Shown here: positions 30,801-36,982 of the stretch, piece by piece
Layout of the letters: every line of letters starts with the position of its first letter
How positions within the stretch are numbered: position 1 is the first letter of the stretch
Source of the DNA: Verrucomicrobiales bacterium
GTDB lineage: Bacteria; Verrucomicrobiota; Verrucomicrobiia; Verrucomicrobiales; V1-33
DNA length: 64,000 nucleotides
Direction of reading: 5' to 3'
NCBI GenBank assembly: GCA_031411295.1
Contig: JANOAV010000059.1
Location: forward strand, 19,477-83,476
Notes under the pieces: generated by a model
The model's database searches: none
Seen by the model: only the letters and a program-made list of their open reading frames with translations
What the model was told of the DNA's origin: nothing
Position numbers and translations under genes: made by a program

Positions 30801-32417
30801 ATCGCTGATGTGACCGTGCCTAAGAACACCATCACTCCGATCACCCTGACTGGTGTTTCCCGAGGACCGGTTAGCGAAAATGCCCAAACGCTGACGATCA
30901 CTGTGGTTTCTGACAACACGGCAGTGGTGCCAAACTCAGTCGTGAGTTACACCACCGGCACCACAGCCATGCTGAATCTGGCCCCTGTGGCCGGAGCCAC
31001 GGGCACAGCGGTCCTCACGGTGACTGCGATGGACAATGGCGGAACAACTAGCGGCGGCATCGATACGGTCGTCCGCACCTTCACGGTAAACGTGATCACG
31101 CAAAGCTACAGCGCATGGCAAGCTGCCAATTTCACACCAAGTGAAATTGCGGATCCTACCATCTCCGGCCCCGCAGCCAATCCTGATGGTGACGCCCGCA
31201 ACAACGCCTTCGAATACGCTCTGGGCAGCCAGCCAAAAGCCTTCGATGCCACGCCAGTGATCCGCCAATCCCTCGTGGGAACCGGCACTCCTGTGCTGCG
31301 CATTGCGCAGGGCCCGGGTGATGCTGATCTGAGCTTGGAAACGAGCGCCAGTGCTAGCAGTGGTTTCACGACCACCGCTTGGACCGCAGAAAATACCACG
31401 GACCGCATGGTGACAGACACCGACGCGACCGTCACTGCTCCGCGCTATGCTCGGGCCAAGGTGCTGCTCGCAGGGGAAACGACTCCGCTCTATAGCGAAG
31501 TTTACAGCACCCGCGCCATTACCGCAGCTCCAGCGGTCAGCACGTTTGCCAGCGCTCCGCTGCGTGAACCACGCCTCGCTCAAGTGACGGTGAGTGCCCT
31601 GGGTGCTTACACCCTGACACCATACGCCAATGTCTGGCCCAGCGATCTTCTCGCAGCCGGCCCATGCTACGTGATGCTCACCAGCGGCACCAACGCCGGA
31701 GTTACCTCTGACATCGTTTCCTTCACTGCTGGTGTGCTGACCCTGTCGGATGATCTGACTGGCATTGCGATCGCTGGAGATGGTGTCGAAGTTCGTCGTC
31801 ACCACACGCTGACAGGCTTGTTTGATCGCGCGAATGCAGGAAACCTCACTCCTGGACTCAACTCCAGCGTGGCGGATCTCCTGCAGTTAGTGCAACCCAA
31901 CGGCACCACGGAAACGTTCTTCCGCTTCACCACGGGATTGGCTTGGATGGACAATAATTTCGCAGCCTCTGCGCAGCGCGTTATTAATCCGGAACAGGCG
32001 TTCGTCATCCGCAACCAAAGCGCCACCGCTCTCACGCTCTTCCAGCAAGGCGTTGTGCTTGCCGGTGTGAACAGCACTCCAGGCAGCGGACCTGCTACGA
32101 TTGTTCCAGTGGAAACCGGAACCAATCTGGTGACCTCACCAGCGGATCGCAGCGTGACCATCGCCCAGCTTGGCCTCTACACCGGCAATCCTGCCACGGG
32201 AGTCGCCAGCGGAGTGAACGCCAGCAGCGCAGACCGCCTGGTCATCCCACAACCAAACGGCACCATGAAGACCTACTATTATTTTAGTAATGGCACCGTC
32301 TCCATGTGGGTTGACTCCTCCAGTCGCCCTGCCGGAACCATCAGCCTGCCACCCGGCACGCCGTTCTACATCGTGCGCAAAGCACCACGCGCAGCCTTCC
32401 CATGGGCCCTGCCATAA
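21861..32417 (+). CDS. Giant (~3500 aa) surface protein: N-terminal beta domain, 3 cadherin-like beta-sandwiches, 3 Ig domains, phytase-like esterase domain, Ig-like domains, 2 Calx-beta, 2 PhoX/DUF839-like domains, Ig-like domains, C-terminal Verrucomicrobia-type modules
   Basis: SSNANLASL..LSPAF repeats; PAAITTQP..LQWY repeats; LPDRGYN/LDSEGL/GDEYG/NQGMEG/EKWE/NDNDF (about 24590-26060); IPDGLG/HEL/RFCSADL/WEN/RPEDG/QED/ESSGIID/GGQLL twice (about 27370-28815 and 28830-30480). Start codon uncertain; the ORF is open from 21783. Confidence 0.85.
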   Translation: MLKNLLQLRHWISREASSLVSGVLNCLPKPRVAVACAAALTATTAYSAPPVPVSYSIAGANYTQDFNTLVYTSGTAVNGGATATIGNAAGNPTTATAFNVTAYGADAPWLISDTTIGAGGKAFGSGLAGWYGSGSVKSQIAANEGSQSTGGLVSYGGLTSSNRSLGLLCSSSIGNAVFGLALKNDTGITLTRINLAYTAQMWRQGTLNKSLTFGYLIDNTAAASLPKAAATADTQAVGTTAVSALNGTGFALAGTTVAVNGNLPANQQAKSVVNLTIPNWAPNGILWLTWDMLVGGNGHGLSIDDLTFSATEVSSNANLASLVPSSGTLSPAFDAATTTYTANVANSVTSITMTPTTANAGATVQVRVNAGSFATVTSGSASGPLALIAGSNTVDVKVTAQDTTTVKTYTTTVTRALSSNANLNSLTLSTGALAPVFDSATTSYTTNVGNAISTLTVTPTVADNTATVQVRVNGGAYTTTTSGSPTAALSLSVGANPIDIKVIAQDASEKVYTATITRQASSDVDLANLVVSAGAIVPTFDAGTLAYSLAVPNTVTSTTVTPTSTSGTSTITVNGNTVTSGSASAPISLSIGTNTITVVVTAQDMITTRTTNVTIDVFVPAAITTQPVNQTIATGNTATLTAVVIGTPIPTLQWYEGTSGDTSAPILGANSNSYTTPVLTASTNYWLRASNVGGSVDSSTAAVNVTFPPSFTTQPASTTIVTGNSTTLTVVATGNPTPTLQWYRGAKGVTTDPVVGETSSSLNTGVLTTTTRYWAQATNSQGTADSNAATVNVTAPAAIVTQPADTTFVTGARVGLRVVASGAPNPTFQWYEGLTGDITKPINPSGTSAVLNTVPLTASASYWVRVTNSTGTVDSVTATVTPVPVPDYNSTSRDITVANTGTWNPAGVTVGTTQFVNLGLQGVGRLPATAIDPATGESLGSVSDMQITGFAKNADGSYTGSLQTLPDRGYNAGTVFSNYAARINAFNFTFTPYTASAPTTAQNQIALTFAGSTRFTYDNDANAATPAVFTTGLLASGNTSLFGTQVPAIVDPSTQSDGTVTNRLTLDSEGLVLDRRPGKAGSGWLGDEYGGYIYHFNSAKQIDGQLQLPQSLVPHALVDPLDPLNTATAINFKADPPLNGRRINQGMEGLTQSPDGTKLFGLLQSATIQDSGPGNLGRVNTRLVVYNVGSSDLPNTPVEQYVIQLPRIDTDVVAGVDRVGAQSSILALNNHQILILSRDGNGRGSAGSPVFKSILLAELDGATNIGASYDNEGDKISPAGTLLPAITPVSWKEALNLIGKLDLNISEVAKFGFNFNADAASDINSICEKWESLALVPANDPANPNDYFLFVGNDNDFLTGTVDPLDTAHKGKYLDSAGVIQSYGVGLENDTIVLAYRVRIIAPEVGAPVVATTFQETAVQLTLVGNSGDTFSIISPPAASQGTLSSVTGVKVTFTPATTFLGSVTFTYQSTDGINSLLHNATVTVNLAPDLTVYNGATVASPVIADGSSTPVNFAEITSAVTTVKTFTIQNTGSVDITGIAASILGDADYSITTPPAASLIPGATTTVVVTFTPSTPGAKTATLNIANSLTNAKNPYSFDLTGTAVEASTFHLDLATATISEDAGTVPVTVIRDGNTATPVSVFLATTNGTAISGTDYTAVNETVTFTSGETSKVVNVALTNRPGVRADRTFTATLTAAAAVAAGHALVSPTVETITITESETALAFGAATASVREDAGKVVLTVNRTGVTSSAVSAEVSTTNGTAISGTDYTGVSSVLVSFAANQTSKTINVPVINRAGYRPSRTFTASMANLIGAITATPSTQAVSITEADSAARLTGPSSSATPYLVPLQSGYQITSVLSVGDAVPLAGSTTGETYQMVGIPDGLGAYDNGDGTVTLLMHHELGSTLGAVRAHGAVGAFISEWIIDKSTLQVSSGSDLMKQIYGWNTTTQSSNSTTSTVAFTRFCSADLPAPTALYNPGTGKGSQVRILLGGEEGGATGYAVAHVASGPDKGKSYILGKFNLATNGSGINAVGAWENLMANPFPQDKTIVMGNNDGGTGIMAGTVNAYVGTKTLTGTEADKAGLTNGLLKFVSVAGNPLEIPPTNATTRVTNITSGTRFSLSSASGTVFSRPEDGAWNPVNPAQYYFVTTDRLDNVMDGLGTQVGRTRLWRLTFDDITNPDAGGVIEKLVEGGAGNDAIMFDNLCVTDDGKLMLQEDVGGAAHNGKIWFYDPATNNLQKVIGHDVSRFGNVVGGVVTPATAPFNNDEESSGIIDITSLMGGNAALGDRSYFTVDQAHYSIPGALVEGGQLLMIRQLAATQLAGSSASPYVQPVDPTIQTRSLLTVGDAVPLTGTTTGETYQMSGIPDGLGAYDNGNGTFTLLMNHELGSTVGVTRAHGAIGAFISEWVIDKSTLAVQSGSDLIKQVYGWNSTTQASDAAPGTYVLNRFCSADLPPTTAYYNATSGLGTQDRIYMAGEEGGSNGWAFANVASGPDKGKSYILGKFNLTTNGSATSVMAPVQATVSLASLTSPSVTLASVPVALAPGAQMLGATVLVINPTTKVVTLSGNANAAISTDTLVSYTLSGVGAWENLLANPHAQDLTVVAGCNDGGTGIMNGAITIYQGTKTNTGNAADKAGLNNGSLKFVKVTGIAAEIPTANATTRNTDITSGTRFTLETNVSTAFSRPEDGSWNPMNDREFFFVTTDRIDTVNDGVGTQVGRTRLWKLTFDDITNPDLGGTVDLILTGGVGNDAVMWDNMTITTDGKFLLQEDVGGAARNGKIWFYDPTTAVLKKLAKHDAARFGDIVGGVVVPATLPYNNDEETSGIIEVSSLLGAAPGERLYLFVDQAHYTTGIAPNLVEGGQLLFMRQQPLNTAVAPVATFASAVTIEESTTPVEVTLNATDANGDALTFSIVTPPSALQGTIGPVVGNKVMFTPTPNFSGVAEFTFKANDGALDSNLGTAFVAVLDINDTPTLDVIADVTVPKNTITPITLTGVSRGPVSENAQTLTITVVSDNTAVVPNSVVSYTTGTTAMLNLAPVAGATGTAVLTVTAMDNGGTTSGGIDTVVRTFTVNVITQSYSAWQAANFTPSEIADPTISGPAANPDGDARNNAFEYALGSQPKAFDATPVIRQSLVGTGTPVLRIAQGPGDADLSLETSASASSGFTTTAWTAENTTDRMVTDTDATVTAPRYARAKVLLAGETTPLYSEVYSTRAITAAPAVSTFASAPLREPRLAQVTVSALGAYTLTPYANVWPSDLLAAGPCYVMLTSGTNAGVTSDIVSFTAGVLTLSDDLTGIAIAGDGVEVRRHHTLTGLFDRANAGNLTPGLNSSVADLLQLVQPNGTTETFFRFTTGLAWMDNNFAASAQRVINPEQAFVIRNQSATALTLFQQGVVLAGVNSTPGSGPATIVPVETGTNLVTSPADRSVTIAQLGLYTGNPATGVASGVNASSADRLVIPQPNGTMKTYYYFSNGTVSMWVDSSSRPAGTISLPPGTPFYIVRKAPRAAFPWALP

Positions 32418-32455
32418 TCTGAATTCAATTACGAAACTCAAAACATAACGAAACG

Positions 32456-33082
32456 ATGAAACCATCATTGACTACCGTTCTAACAGCCCTGGCGTTCTCC
32501 GCCCTGGCTTCCACGGCCTCCGCCATCCTGACCGTCACCACGAGTGCCGGCATCGGGGAACCTCATTTCATCTCCATCAATGGCGTCACGCCATTGGCGG
32601 ATGGTATGAGTTATCAGTTGGGAACCTTCCCTAGCGGGACGGATCTCAGCCAAGCCACTGGGTCTCCGGCTGCTCTCTACAGCAGCTTCCAGAAATTCGC
32701 CACGGATACCGTTTACACGCATCCCATCAGCCTGGAAGCAGGCGCTGCGGGCAATGACGTCTATGGTCTGGACACCTTCTCCATGCAGCCAGCCTACTGG
32801 TGGGTGTTCCAAACTACCGATGGCCTGGTGCCAGCCGGAGACTTCTCCAACGTCAGTGGCCAAGCGCTGTTCACCGGATCTTCTGGCAGTTGGAGTTTCC
32901 CAACTGTCGGCTCCGTGGCCGCTCCTCCATTGTTCTCCACCGGGGACACGATCACGCTCTCAGCAGGCAGCGTGGCCAGTGGAAACATCCAACTAGCCGC
33001 CGTCCCAGAACCCGCCATCAGCGGACTGACCCTGCTAGCCGGAGCCATCCTCCTCCGTCGCAAACGGAGCATCCCATCGTAA
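32456..33082 (+). CDS. PEP-CTERM sorting-domain surface protein
   Basis: Signal peptide; C-terminal VPEP, hydrophobic helix, RRKR. Confidence 0.88.
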   Translation: MKPSLTTVLTALAFSALASTASAILTVTTSAGIGEPHFISINGVTPLADGMSYQLGTFPSGTDLSQATGSPAALYSSFQKFATDTVYTHPISLEAGAAGNDVYGLDTFSMQPAYWWVFQTTDGLVPAGDFSNVSGQALFTGSSGSWSFPTVGSVAAPPLFSTGDTITLSAGSVASGNIQLAAVPEPAISGLTLLAGAILLRRKRSIPS

Positions 33083-33102
33083 GACAGCAGTGATAACCAC
33101 GC

Positions 33103-33141
33103 AGACGCCAGCGGAGCCATCCGCTGGCGTCTTTGCGTTTT
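33103..33141 (+). terminator. Rho-independent terminator
   Basis: 13-bp perfect stem AGACGCCAGCGGA/TCCGCTGGCGTCT with 4-nt loop, then a T-rich tract, about 20 nt after the PEP-CTERM stop. Confidence 0.8.
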
Positions 33142-33231
33142 GGTGGGTTAACGAAGGGAAATCACAAAGCCACTTTAGGCCGGCTAGGCCTGAATTTTGC
33201 ATCGCGATCAATGCACACGAGCAATGGATCC

Positions 33232-33434
33232 GACCGCGTTAGCGGTCAAGGACGGTAGCCGTGGGCTTCAGCCCACGGACCGTCATCAAGATAACGTGCC
33301 GCCTTAGCGACACCGGAACTCACCACGCACCGCTTTCCCTGTTGAGTTCCAGTGTCGCTGACGCGACACGATTGGCGGTGGGCTTTTTCCGTGGGTTAAA
33401 ACCCACGGCTACCATGCGTGACCGCTACGCGGTC
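33232..33434. repeat. REP/REPIN-like nested long inverted repeat
   Basis: Outer arms GACCGCGTTAGCGGTC / GACCGCTACGCGGTC; middle GGTAGCCGTGGGCTTCAGCCCACGG (33254-33278) / CCGTGGGTTAAAACCCACGGCTACC (33389-33413); inner AGCGACACCGGAACTCA / TGAGTTCCAGTGTCGCT. Confidence 0.85.
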
Positions 33435-33467
33435 GAATGGTTGCCCCGTCGCGGGGACCCGCTGTGA

Positions 33468-33920
33468 TTAGCCAAAAATGTATCGCTCCTCCACTTCGAA
33501 TTCATGCACGTGCAGAAAACCTCGATATTCATCCTCGAAACTTTTCTTGGCGTGGTGCGTGCGCTGGCGTTGGATGTAGGAAATCGTATCAGCAATCTGA
33601 GACTGACCAACCGTAAAAGCCCCATAGCCATCCTGCCAAGCAAATTTATGAAGCTGTGGAAATGTTGCGGAGATCCATTTGGAGGATTCGCCTTTGATTC
33701 GCTTTACTGCATCGCTAAGCGCTACGGTCGGAGGGAAACCAAGCAGGATATGGACGTGGTCATCCACTCCTCCAATCTGTAGCGCCTTCATGTTATGACT
33801 GCGACAGATCCCACCGATGTAACGCCAAATTTGTTCCTCAATCTCCGCCGAGATCCAAGCTGTGCGATTCTTGGTGGAGAAGACAATATGCGCGTGCAAA
33901 GAAGTAAAGGTGCTAGCCAT
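33468..33920 (-). mobile_element. tnpA: Y1 (HUH) transposase, IS200/IS605 TnpA-like or REP-associated; no tnpB
   Basis: HIVFSTKNR, DHVHIL (HUH), KGESSKW, WQDGY, YIQRQ (catalytic YxxxQ). Confidence 0.9.
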
Positions 33921-34116
33921 AGTTCGAGATGCTTAGCGATTTCCATCTAATTTGCCAGTGCTTCTTGAGGACGGCGGGAATCATATTTAAGTTGGCTCTC
34001 CGTGATACCCCACGCAGAAGGGATTTGACCGCGGTAGCGGTCACTCTCCCTGGCTATCCTAAGTTGTCCTTAGTTGTCCCCGGCATTTGAAGCCGCTTTA
34101 GATCGAAACCCCAACC

Positions 34117-34689
34117 TCACACTCGCAACACCCCCCGGAATCCCCGGGCGCTGTAATATGATTGCGCCCCGTTGTGATAAACGAAGACATGGCCGAAGCG
34201 TCGATCACAAAAGAGTGCTCCGCCGAGCTTTCGAATGTCCGCTGGGGTAGCAATCCAACTGGACGTCTTCAAATCAAAACTGCCCAGCTTTTGCAAATCG
34301 CGGTATTGTTCCTCGGTCAAAATTTCCACCCCCATGGCTGCGGCCATGTCCATGGCGTTGTTGGCGGGTTTGTGTTCCTTGCGCGAATCCAATCCCTCGC
34401 GATCAAAACAAACGGACACCCGACCTTTGGGGCTTTCTGGGGAGCAATCGAAGAAAATGTATTCGCCAGTCTTTTTATCGTGTCCCACCACATCCGGCTC
34501 CCCGCCAGTGCGCTCCATCTCGTGAAGCGACCAGAGCTTGTCGGGACTTGCTTCCAGCTTCTCGTGCAGGTTGGCCCATTCAATGCCTTTGTGGCGATTT
34601 AGGTTTTTCTCGAAACGAGTCCGAAGCGTGGTGAGGAGCGTTTCGCGTTGATCGGGGGATAACTTGTTTGTGGGTTTGGCCTCTCTCAT
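34117..34689 (-). CDS. DUF4256-family protein
   Basis: LWSLHEMERTGGEPDVVG, DCSPESPKGR, FDLKTSSW, YHNGAQSYY..RGFRG. Confidence 0.8.
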   Translation of the reverse strand: MREAKPTNKLSPDQRETLLTTLRTRFEKNLNRHKGIEWANLHEKLEASPDKLWSLHEMERTGGEPDVVGHDKKTGEYIFFDCSPESPKGRVSVCFDREGLDSRKEHKPANNAMDMAAAMGVEILTEEQYRDLQKLGSFDLKTSSWIATPADIRKLGGALFCDRRFGHVFVYHNGAQSYYSARGFRGVLRV

Positions 34690-34737
34690 TTTATGTGCTT
34701 TGGTGAAATGTGATATTGATCCAAGGACTCGTTCTGC

Positions 34738-34947
34738 CTAGCGTTCCTTCTTGGCGAAAATCCTTCCCAGCAAATGGCCTTTCCACATCAATAAACCGGA
34801 AAGGAACAGGACGGGAACAATGACAAAGCGGAACATTGGGGCATATTGTTGGACTTCTTCCTGCGGACCGTAGATGAACCCGAGAATGGGTAGGCCGAAG
34901 AGGATGTGAATCCAGCGGAGAATGGAGCGTTTGGTGGAGTGGTTCAT
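34738..34947 (-). CDS. Small two-TM membrane protein
   Basis: RWIHILFGLPILGFIYGP and a second hydrophobic helix ending SGLLMWKG. Confidence 0.7.
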   Translation of the reverse strand: MNHSTKRSILRWIHILFGLPILGFIYGPQEEVQQYAPMFRFVIVPVLFLSGLLMWKGHLLGRIFAKKER

Positions 34948-35009
34948 ATTTTTAAGGATGAAGTTGATGTTTTGTTAGTTTGGTGAAACGTGTTTGGCTA
35001 GACATCGGA

Positions 35010-35450
35010 TCAAGGGGTGGTCAGCACCACCGCCAAGCCTTCCAGTAGCCCCTTCCAGCCAGCCTCTGCGTTCTTGGCAATCCAAGCGAGTGCTGGTGGG
35101 CATTCTTGGACTACGGTTAGTTCACAACCGGTCTCTGTAGAAGCAATGGTAACGACTACCCGCTGGGTCTCGTTGGTATATTTGGGAACACCGAATTTGA
35201 AAACGATTTTGCTAGGGAAATCGAGTTCCAGATACTCGCCCACATGCTCGACTTCCTCTCCGCCACGTAATTCTGTGAAAGTAAATTTCCCTCCAACCCG
35301 TGGATCCGTCTCCGCTTTTACCATTGTGCCCAGAGGCGTGGCGAAGAGCCATTTACCTGCGATGGAGGCATCCATCCATGCATTGTAAACCCGCTCTGCG
35401 GGAAATGGCATTTGGCGCTGCACCGTGATTAGGGTTGGTTTTTCGCTCAT
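35010..35450 (-). CDS. SRPBCC/AHSA1-domain protein
   Basis: AERVYNAW..W, DPRVGGKF, GEYLE, C-terminal GW..LL..L; 4-nt overlap with ArsR gene. Confidence 0.85.
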   Translation of the reverse strand: MSEKPTLITVQRQMPFPAERVYNAWMDASIAGKWLFATPLGTMVKAETDPRVGGKFTFTELRGGEEVEHVGEYLELDFPSKIVFKFGVPKYTNETQRVVVTIASTETGCELTVVQECPPALAWIAKNAEAGWKGLLEGLAVVLTTP

Positions 35451-35809
35451 GACTTGACTGATTTACGACTGGTTAAAGATTTGGTTGAATTTGCTAGGGA
35501 AGCTTTGGCGTCCTGCGTGTGAAGTTCCCGCTCCAGCGCGTCCAGCCTGCTTTCCCAGACTTGTCGCGTGCGGGCGGCCCAGAGTTCGATGTCCCGGAGG
35601 CCGTTGGCCTCCAACGTATGAATTCGGTGCTGGCCCTGCGTTCTCACGCGAACCAAGCCTGCCTGACGCAACACTTTTAGATGCTGGGAAATAGCAGCTC
35701 CCGTCATTTTAAAAGCCGCTACAATCTCGCCCGCAGAATGCTCGGCCACCGCCAGCATCTCGATGATGCGGCGGCGTGTAGGGTCGGCAATGGCGGCAAT
35801 GGCTTGCAT
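35447..35809 (-). CDS. ArsR/SmtB-family transcriptional repressor
   Basis: AIADPTRRRIIEML, AISQHLKVLRQAGLV; typical ArsR-SRPBCC pair. Confidence 0.9.
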   Translation of the reverse strand: MQAIAAIADPTRRRIIEMLAVAEHSAGEIVAAFKMTGAAISQHLKVLRQAGLVRVRTQGQHRIHTLEANGLRDIELWAARTRQVWESRLDALERELHTQDAKASLANSTKSLTSRKSVKS

Positions 35810-35833
35810 TAGCCCGAAATAAGGGTGATCTGT

Positions 35834-35853
35834 ATTTAAGTCAACACTTAAAT
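35834..35853. promoter_or_regulatory. Putative ArsR operator palindrome
   Basis: ATTTAAG-N6-CTTAAAT perfect inverted repeat about 25 nt upstream of the ArsR ATG. Confidence 0.65.
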
Positions 35854-36395
35854 GTTTGAAGGAAAGCAACGAGATCCTGAACGACCACGTCCAGCGTTGT
35901 TACCTGATCGAAGCTCATAAAATTGTCACAGTGGCTCAGCAGGAACGTTCGATGTGTTGCTAGATTTCGTCCGCTCCCTGTCCTCTCTGCATAAGCTGCC
36001 GCCCACTCCATAAAGGATTCGTGCTCGTCGTGCATATCACCACCGGCATCAATCCTATTTCCAAAACGATGTCTCTGCCGCGTGATCAGTCGTTCCAAGC
36101 GCGCCCGCTGTGGCACATCCAACAAGACTCCGTGGGTCGCTCGAAATGAAGGTAACTCCCACGTCGCAATGGATCCGCTGATAATCCAGTTGGTCTCTTT
36201 CGCTAGAGCTGAAACCAACAAGGTGCGTCTTTCATCAGGCGAATGCGGTTCCTGAAATGGAGGTTCGCTCGGCTTGTGGAAGAAAGCGTCGGAGTCGAAC
36301 ATAGGAATTTCCAACAACTGGCTGATCACTTTAGCAGTGGACGTGCAGCCGGCACCAGGACCGCCAGAGATAAGAAGTCGAATGGGTGGGATCAT
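35841..36395 (-). CDS. P-loop nucleotide kinase-like protein (adenylate kinase/topology-modulation related)
   Basis: ISGGPGAGCTS (Walker A-like, Lys replaced by Cys), DSDAFF, WIISGS, RFGNRI..GGDM...FMEWA. Confidence 0.7.
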   Translation of the reverse strand: MIPPIRLLISGGPGAGCTSTAKVISQLLEIPMFDSDAFFHKPSEPPFQEPHSPDERRTLLVSALAKETNWIISGSIATWELPSFRATHGVLLDVPQRARLERLITRQRHRFGNRIDAGGDMHDEHESFMEWAAAYAERTGSGRNLATHRTFLLSHCDNFMSFDQVTTLDVVVQDLVAFLQTFKC

Positions 36396-36402
36396 TGAAA
36401 AG

Positions 36403-36810
36403 CTACTTCGCACGCATCCGATTATTCTTCGGATTGTGTTCCAGTTCGCACAAACCCAGCGCTTCCATTAGTGGCGGCACATAAACTCCGAAGCGACCGC
36501 GGAGGCCTTTCTTGAGCCCATACCAACCGCCAACGGGGTTACTTGGCGAACGCCCCCAAGCCTCGACCGTGCCTTCCTTGGCTGGCTTCTGTTCGTCGGC
36601 ACCGCCCAGATCCATCCAATCACCATGCGCTTTGAGCATGGCATGCAGATCGGCAATGCAACGGGAGTCATAGTGCAGCACGGTCTTGCCCACGGTGCAG
36701 ACCAAGATGGCAACGCCATCTTTGGTATCTGCGTGCATGGTAAACTCCGCAGTGTCGGGAGGTGTCTTGAGGGCGAGTGGGCTGTCCTTGGTTTTGGTAA
36801 ATGTAGCCAT
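36403..36810 (-). CDS. Conserved hypothetical protein (DUF6855-like)
   Basis: LKTPP, GGADEQKPAKEGTVEAWGRS..NPVGGWYGLKKGLRGRFG, LEHNPKNNRMRA. Confidence 0.7.
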   Translation of the reverse strand: MATFTKTKDSPLALKTPPDTAEFTMHADTKDGVAILVCTVGKTVLHYDSRCIADLHAMLKAHGDWMDLGGADEQKPAKEGTVEAWGRSPSNPVGGWYGLKKGLRGRFGVYVPPLMEALGLCELEHNPKNNRMRAK

Positions 36811-36982
36811 GAGTTTGCGAGTTGTTGACTTGAGCTGAAACGACGAAAGTATTACCAGCGCGGCTGACCCGAGTCAATAATTTCGCAAAGGTGTTCGGTT
36901 GCCCCATATTTCCAATCACTCTGCATCAATCTTGTCACGTAGTTCCGGTTAACAAGCTGGAGCGGAGCGTTTCCGTTGCTTG

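Noticed and set aside
26190..31805. Long antisense ORFs (413, 266, 451 and 289 aa) inside the giant gene
   Set aside because: No recognisable motifs; best explained as shadows of biased codon usage on the sense strand.
33232..33434. CRISPR array or tRNA
   Set aside because: Repeats are inverted and nested rather than direct with spacers; no cloverleaf; no cas genes in the window.
34058..34080. Short tandem repeat CTAAGTTGTCC/CTTAGTTGTCC
   Set aside because: Only two imperfect copies with no supporting context.
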